Positions 57,310 to 64,000 of a DNA stretch of 64,000 bases are shown piece after piece (the first letter of the stretch is position 1; each line of letters opens with the position of its first letter). This DNA comes from an uncultured delta proteobacterium (GTDB taxonomy: Bacteria; Myxococcota_A; Polyangia; Polyangiales; Polyangiaceae). The notes under the pieces were generated by a model, which saw only the letters and a program-made list of their open reading frames with translations, was not told the origin of the DNA and did no database searches. Made by a program: the position numbers and the translations under genes. The stretch is taken from positions 352,001-416,000 of the forward strand of contig CAVOKF010000004.1 of the NCBI GenBank assembly GCA_963696385.1, in the 5' to 3' direction.

Positions 57310-59529
57310 TCAGGGAGCCAACTTGACATAGCCGTCGACGATGGTTTCGTACGCAGCGGTCAAGAAGAGTCGCGCGTCGGCTACCGACTCGGGCGGATCG
57401 CCCGGTGCCGCACTGGCAAAGTCACGCTGTTCGGCGTGAAACTGCGCGCCGATGATCGGCCATGCGCGGTCGCGGGAGCGGAATGCCTCGGTGACGGTGT
57501 CGCACCAACCCGGTCCGTGCGGATTCGGGAACCCGCCGTCACGCGGTCGCGCGGGAACGACGTTCGGACCGCAAAAGGCGCTCGTCGCGAGGATCTCGAA
57601 CCGCTGCAGCGGCCCCCCCGGCAAAAACGCGTCGGTGCGGATGGCGTCGGAGTGGGACTCGGGCAGCGCCTGAGTCGTCGAGCGAAGCTGCGGGCCCGCC
57701 AGGTCGACGAAGAGCGGATCCTCTGGCACGAATTCGACCTTCGCGCGCAAAGGGTGCGGATCGGTCGGCCAGGCCCGTTCGAAATCGGCGGGGGGCGCAA
57801 ATCCCCGGATCGGGCGTCCGCTCGTTCGCCGCAGCACACGATCGATCGTGCGAAGATCGTCCTCGATGGGCGCCGGCTCAGCTCGGCGTGCCTCGAGCAG
57901 AGCCAAGATTTGCGCCCCTCCGCAGAAGCCGAGAAAGGGCGTCACCCGATTTCTGACCGCACCCACCAGTTGGCCCATGCCTCCGGATCGAGCGTCACGC
58001 AACGGGTCCCAATGCCAGCGCGACGGCTGCGCCGGGTCCGGCCCGGTCTCCGTTGCGTAGTCCCAATCGTTCGACCCACTGAGGACGGCGATCGGAGGGG
58101 GGCTGCTGCCCGCGAGAAACGGCTCGTCGAGCTGGGGGTCGTCGCCTTCGATCGACTCGAGCGCCTCGCCCGTCTGATCGCGTGCCGGCGCGTCCAGGGG
58201 GTCACCGTGCGCACCCAGCGATCGAGCGTACCGATCGTCGGCCCGGAGGACCGGCAGCAGCGGAGCGAACCGACTCTGCAAGAACTTCGCGTGGTACGCG
58301 TCGTTGGTGAGTTCGGCCCCGGGCGTAAGCTTGGACTGCCCCGCCGGGTTCGCGTTGACGCTCAAGATCCACGGACTGGCCAGAATGGGTCGCGGGTCGT
58401 CGGCGCGATACGCCGCGATCTCGCGCACCACCGGGACGGCGCCCACCTCAGGCACGCCGGTGGCGCCGGTGGCCCCGACCATCACCAAGCGCAGCGCCAT
58501 CACCGGGTGAGGTTCCGAAATCGTCAGCAGGCGCCGACGGACGGGCACGATGGAGCCGTCGCTCCGCACGGGCTCGACCCCGATCGTCCGGAAATGCCTG
58601 CCGTCTTCGCTGATTTCGACGGCGTAACGGATCGGTGCCCACGCGATGGCGTAGTTTCGCCCGCCCCCGGTCCGCGGCACGCTGGTGGCATCGAAGCCGA
58701 GCACGATGCGCACTCGGTCGATCGGCTGCGGCTTGGACCAATCGACCCGGAGCGTCCAGCGGGCCTTGCCGGGAGCACCCGCCCAGCGGCGCGCGTAGGA
58801 CCCGTCGATCGCATCGGCGGCGCTAAAGCCGGGGTAGGCACCGTCGTCGCTCGCCCGGCCGTCGCGCGAGACATCGCGCGCGCCTTCGATCGCCTGCACC
58901 TCCCGAAGCACCGGCGGCCCGGCGTTGGTTCGGTCGATGACGAGGCGAAGACCGCACGCGTCCACGTCGACGAACCAGGAGCGACGCGTCGGCTCGGCGA
59001 GCGCGTCGCGGGAGGCCGAGCTCGATGGGTCGGAGCCGTCGACCGCGGTCCAGACGCCGTCATCGGACGTCGACATCGAATCGCACGTCCGGCCATCGAG
59101 CGTGGGCTCGCGGACTTCCCAACGAAAGGAGGTGGGGACGCCGCTCGTCGGCGAGTTGCCGAAGTGGGCTCGGATGAGTCCGAGGTGCACCGGGTGCGCA
59201 AATGAGGCGCTCCACCGCCACTGGTTTTCGCCCGCGCGGCCCGCCCAGACGGTTTCTTCGCGACCGTCGGCGGCGAAACGCGCGTTGTCGCCGGTGGGAT
59301 TGGCCGCGCGGACCGCCAAGAGCTCAGGGGCGTGCAGCGCGTCGAGCAGCGCGCTGCGCTCGTGGGCGCTCACCAGCGCGCCCGCCGACGCCGAGCGGGT
59401 ACTGGACAGCGCGATCGGAAGCGTCGCCCCGAGCGAGACGACGGTCATGCTGACGAGCGGGGTCCAACGCACGAACCGTGGGTGACGGACTGCAGGGCGC
59501 GCGTCGTCGCCGCTTGTCGCGCATTTCAT
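57310..59529 (-). CDS. Putatively secreted protein: two discoidin (F5/8C)-like domains plus a class I glutamine amidotransferase domain
   Basis: Signal-like N-terminus; AADG...W and AIDG...RW/YAVEISEDG repeats; VLSGS, FLGFCGGAQ, ESHSD, GAQFHAE; start uncertain (59448-59529). Confidence 0.75.
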   Translation of the reverse strand: MKCATSGDDARPAVRHPRFVRWTPLVSMTVVSLGATLPIALSSTRSASAGALVSAHERSALLDALHAPELLAVRAANPTGDNARFAADGREETVWAGRAGENQWRWSASFAHPVHLGLIRAHFGNSPTSGVPTSFRWEVREPTLDGRTCDSMSTSDDGVWTAVDGSDPSSSASRDALAEPTRRSWFVDVDACGLRLVIDRTNAGPPVLREVQAIEGARDVSRDGRASDDGAYPGFSAADAIDGSYARRWAGAPGKARWTLRVDWSKPQPIDRVRIVLGFDATSVPRTGGGRNYAIAWAPIRYAVEISEDGRHFRTIGVEPVRSDGSIVPVRRRLLTISEPHPVMALRLVMVGATGATGVPEVGAVPVVREIAAYRADDPRPILASPWILSVNANPAGQSKLTPGAELTNDAYHAKFLQSRFAPLLPVLRADDRYARSLGAHGDPLDAPARDQTGEALESIEGDDPQLDEPFLAGSSPPPIAVLSGSNDWDYATETGPDPAQPSRWHWDPLRDARSGGMGQLVGAVRNRVTPFLGFCGGAQILALLEARRAEPAPIEDDLRTIDRVLRRTSGRPIRGFAPPADFERAWPTDPHPLRAKVEFVPEDPLFVDLAGPQLRSTTQALPESHSDAIRTDAFLPGGPLQRFEILATSAFCGPNVVPARPRDGGFPNPHGPGWCDTVTEAFRSRDRAWPIIGAQFHAEQRDFASAAPGDPPESVADARLFLTAAYETIVDGYVKLAP

Positions 59530-59585
59530 CGCTTTCGTTGCACGTCCGTTGAACGATGACGCCACGTCACGCCTCGGAATTTCGT

Positions 59586-59607
59586 GTTCGGATACGGTTC
59601 GGATACG
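59586..59607. repeat. 11-bp perfect tandem direct repeat, possible operator
   Basis: GTTCGGATACG x2 in the gap upstream of the discoidin-GATase gene. Confidence 0.55.
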
Positions 59608-59681
59608 GGTTTGCAATCTAGCGCACAAACTCGAATCTTCGCCCGTTCATTCCCGTCCGCGCCATCCCAGGTCCAATCCCC

Positions 59682-60290
59682 TCATTCCAGGTGATGGACG
59701 TCGGCGATGCGGACGAGCATCGGTCCCCGATCTCCGAACTCGAACGAGGTGATCGAAGCCGGGGGACATGCGACGTGACTGCGGAAGCGACCGAGCGGCA
59801 TGCCGAGCAGCGCGCACACGATGACCCGAATGGTGGCCTTGTGGCTGACCAGCATGACGTTGCCCTTCGGGTGCTCTCTTCGGGCGAGCAGGACGACGGG
59901 AAGAGCGCGGGCCGCGATCGCAAAGGCGCTCTCGCCTCCGGGCGGGGATACGAGCGCCGGGTCGGTGCGCCACCCCTCGAAGGCCTCGGGCTGCTCACGG
60001 CGGATGTCGGCCTCCGTACGCCCTTCCCAGGAACCGTAGGCAATCTCGCGAAGTCCGTCCGAGAAGGTGGGCCGAAGCTGGCATGTCTGCGCGATCGGCT
60101 CAGCCGTGGCGCGCGCCCGCAGCTTCGGGCTGCAGTAGAGCGCGTTCAACCCGAGCGGCCTCGCCGCGCGAGCGACCCGCTCCGCTTGAGCGACGCCATG
60201 GGCCGTGAGCGGCGGATCGAGATCGCCGCAAAAGATGCCCTCAGCAGCTTGCGTCGTCTCGCCGTGGCGGACCAAGTGAAGCGTGAGCAT
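59682..60290 (-). CDS. Histidine phosphatase (phosphoglycerate mutase-like) family protein
   Basis: LVRHGET, SPKLRARATA, LREIAYGSWEG, PPGGES, VSHK. Confidence 0.93.
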   Translation of the reverse strand: MLTLHLVRHGETTQAAEGIFCGDLDPPLTAHGVAQAERVARAARPLGLNALYCSPKLRARATAEPIAQTCQLRPTFSDGLREIAYGSWEGRTEADIRREQPEAFEGWRTDPALVSPPGGESAFAIAARALPVVLLARREHPKGNVMLVSHKATIRVIVCALLGMPLGRFRSHVACPPASITSFEFGDRGPMLVRIADVHHLE

Positions 60291-60469
60291 GCCGATCCAC
60301 CCTATAGGACGACGCGGGTCATCCGCGTACCCCCCTTCGCGTGGGTGATTCCTCGCCACGTTTCGGCCAGCCCAGCGGCCGTCGTCCCGTCGACACCGCA
60401 CGTTGCGGCGAATGTTCGAACCGCGCCGCTCTCGCGGCGGCCTTCGGCGCGCGCGACGCGCGCGCGCAC

Positions 60470-62188
60470 TCATCGCCGATACGCGTGCGCGTCCGCCTCG
60501 GCTCGTTCCGCAAGCGCTCGGTCCCCGGTTGCCTCCATGACGAAGGCTCGTGCCCGAAGCAGGGATGCGGAAGCCCGCGCCAGGTCGGGCTGGTTGGCCG
60601 CGCGTTGGGCGAGTCGGTCCCGCGCCGGGGCCGTTGCATCGAGAGCGCGGCGCCGGTCGCTCGATCCGCGCGGCTCCACTTCGAAGCGGTCGAAAAGCGC
60701 AAGGGGCACGAGATGACGGCCTACCGCGGCGCCCCACCGCGGATCGTATGCCGTCACGAGCGGCCGGGTCCCGGCCGCGGACGAGAGGGACGCCTCCGTG
60801 GGCGTGCCCGTCAGCTCGATGTCCCGCCAGAACGGCACCAACGACGGTTCCCGCGTGATCTCGCGCCACGGCGGTTCGCATCCGCCGCACGTGGCCACGA
60901 CGAGGATGTCGTCGCGCAACTGCCCCTGCCCCCGGGCGGCCCGGGCTCGGGACAAGACGAACGGGTCGCCGACGACCGCGATGCTGTTGGGCGGAAGCGT
61001 CCCCCACGCCACCTCGTTCCAGAGGGTCGCTGCCTCCGCGCTCTCCGATCCTTGCGCCGATCGGGCGAGGACGTCGTCGGCGGCTTCTACGGGGAAGACC
61101 ATCGCGAGCAACAGGACCATCGCGGCGCTGGCACGCGCCATAGGAAGGCGCGCTGCGGCCACGGCGCGCACCGCGGTCTGCAGCGCCACTCCCACGAGCA
61201 ACGCGAGCGCCGCGTGGGCTGCGAGCAGCGGCGCACCGAAGCGCATCGGGCCGGCCGGGGCCCCGACCCAGGCACAGGCGAGGCCGAGGGTCGCGACGAC
61301 GACGAGTGCCGCGGTCAAGGGCCGCGCTCGTTCGAACCGCGCGGCAATGGCCGCACCGGTGGCGGCGAGCACGAGAAAGACGGGGCCCGCGTCGCTTTGC
61401 AGAAAACGCGTGGGCGGGCCCGCGACCGACGCACTCGCGTCTCCGAGCCACCCCTGGGCCAACGCCGGCTCGAGAGCAACGCCATCCAGACGCACGTGCG
61501 CGATCGCGACGAGCCACGGAGCCAGGCCCAAGGTCGCCGCGGCGATCGCGGCCGGTCCGTGATCGCGCCATGCGGTGGCAAGGCAACGACGCGAGTGGGG
61601 CGTCGACGCGAAAAGCGCGCTGCAAGCGGCGAAGGCGCACACGCCGTCGAGGGGCTCGTACCCTGCTGCCGCGGCAAGAGCGAATGCGGTGGCCATCCAC
61701 GACGTTCGGCACCCGTCGTGATCCCGCCCGGCCGCGATCGCGAGCGGCGCCAGGATGAGCATCGCCCCGGTGACCGAACCGCCGACCATCACCGCTTCCG
61801 TTTGCCAGGGAATGCCGAGCGTGGCGGTCAACGCTGCAATCGCGGCCACGATGAGGGCGGCTGGCCCCCGGCCCACGGAGCCAAAGAGCAGACGGCGGCC
61901 CAGCCGAAAGAGGATGACGCTCGAGGCCGCAGCGACGAGGCCGCTCGAAAGTTGGCTGCGTGCCGCCAGCGTACCGACGGGCACCAGCGCCAACAGGTTG
62001 TCGAGGGCCACGTCGAGCGCGCGCCATGGCACCGGTGCGATCCCCATGACCCGCGCGACGCCTGCATCGCAAGCCGCGCTCGCGGCATCGGTGACGCGCA
62101 GCGCGGCGAGCAGCGCCGGTGCAAGCGCACAGACGGCGGCCATCGCCACGCCGGTGCGCTGGCCCATCGGCGAGTTCATCGCCGCCAT
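60470..62188 (-). CDS. Polytopic membrane hypothetical protein (distantly DUF2723/GT-C-like)
   Basis: Many Ala/Leu-rich TM segments then LPPNSIAVV...LRDDILVV; start uncertain. Confidence 0.6.
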   Translation of the reverse strand: MAAMNSPMGQRTGVAMAAVCALAPALLAALRVTDAASAACDAGVARVMGIAPVPWRALDVALDNLLALVPVGTLAARSQLSSGLVAAASSVILFRLGRRLLFGSVGRGPAALIVAAIAALTATLGIPWQTEAVMVGGSVTGAMLILAPLAIAAGRDHDGCRTSWMATAFALAAAAGYEPLDGVCAFAACSALFASTPHSRRCLATAWRDHGPAAIAAATLGLAPWLVAIAHVRLDGVALEPALAQGWLGDASASVAGPPTRFLQSDAGPVFLVLAATGAAIAARFERARPLTAALVVVATLGLACAWVGAPAGPMRFGAPLLAAHAALALLVGVALQTAVRAVAAARLPMARASAAMVLLLAMVFPVEAADDVLARSAQGSESAEAATLWNEVAWGTLPPNSIAVVGDPFVLSRARAARGQGQLRDDILVVATCGGCEPPWREITREPSLVPFWRDIELTGTPTEASLSSAAGTRPLVTAYDPRWGAAVGRHLVPLALFDRFEVEPRGSSDRRRALDATAPARDRLAQRAANQPDLARASASLLRARAFVMEATGDRALAERAEADAHAYRR

Positions 62189-62209
62189 GGTACCGTGCGA
62201 CCCCGCACC

Positions 62210-64000
<1,791 letters not shown>

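Overview
GC-rich bacterial chromosomal window whose gene content and style (TPR/lipoprotein pairs, FlhG-DnaJ-HTH fusion, GldA/F/G-DUF4340 ABC operon, several sigma54-type promoters) point to a myxobacterium, probably Polyangiaceae-like (inference). About 50 densely packed genes are supportable, mostly housekeeping (ruvA, gpsA, serA, fbaB, queE, coaD, PNP, cdd, proB, dnaA, aspS). I saw no tRNA/rRNA, CRISPR array, transposase or prophage. The best candidate for an undescribed system is a sigma54-preceded three-gene operon (38.7-45.2 kb). It encodes two lipoproteins with hydrazine-synthase-alpha-like middle domains, beta-propeller-like regions and six putative heme-c sites, flanking a secreted HEAT-repeat protein. 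Three of the heme sites are non-canonical CX8CH/CX4CH motifs in tandem repeated domains. Second is an inositol-lipid cluster (MIPS, AUR1-like IPC synthase, PgpA, MMPL exporter). Also notable: a secreted discoidin-glutamine amidotransferase fusion, a DEDDh-WYL exonuclease, a fully palindromic 170-bp intergenic element, and a dnaA with paired DnaA boxes but no dnaN. Two genes carry +1 frameshifts that may be assembly errors. All family calls come from motif recognition by eye, not database searches.
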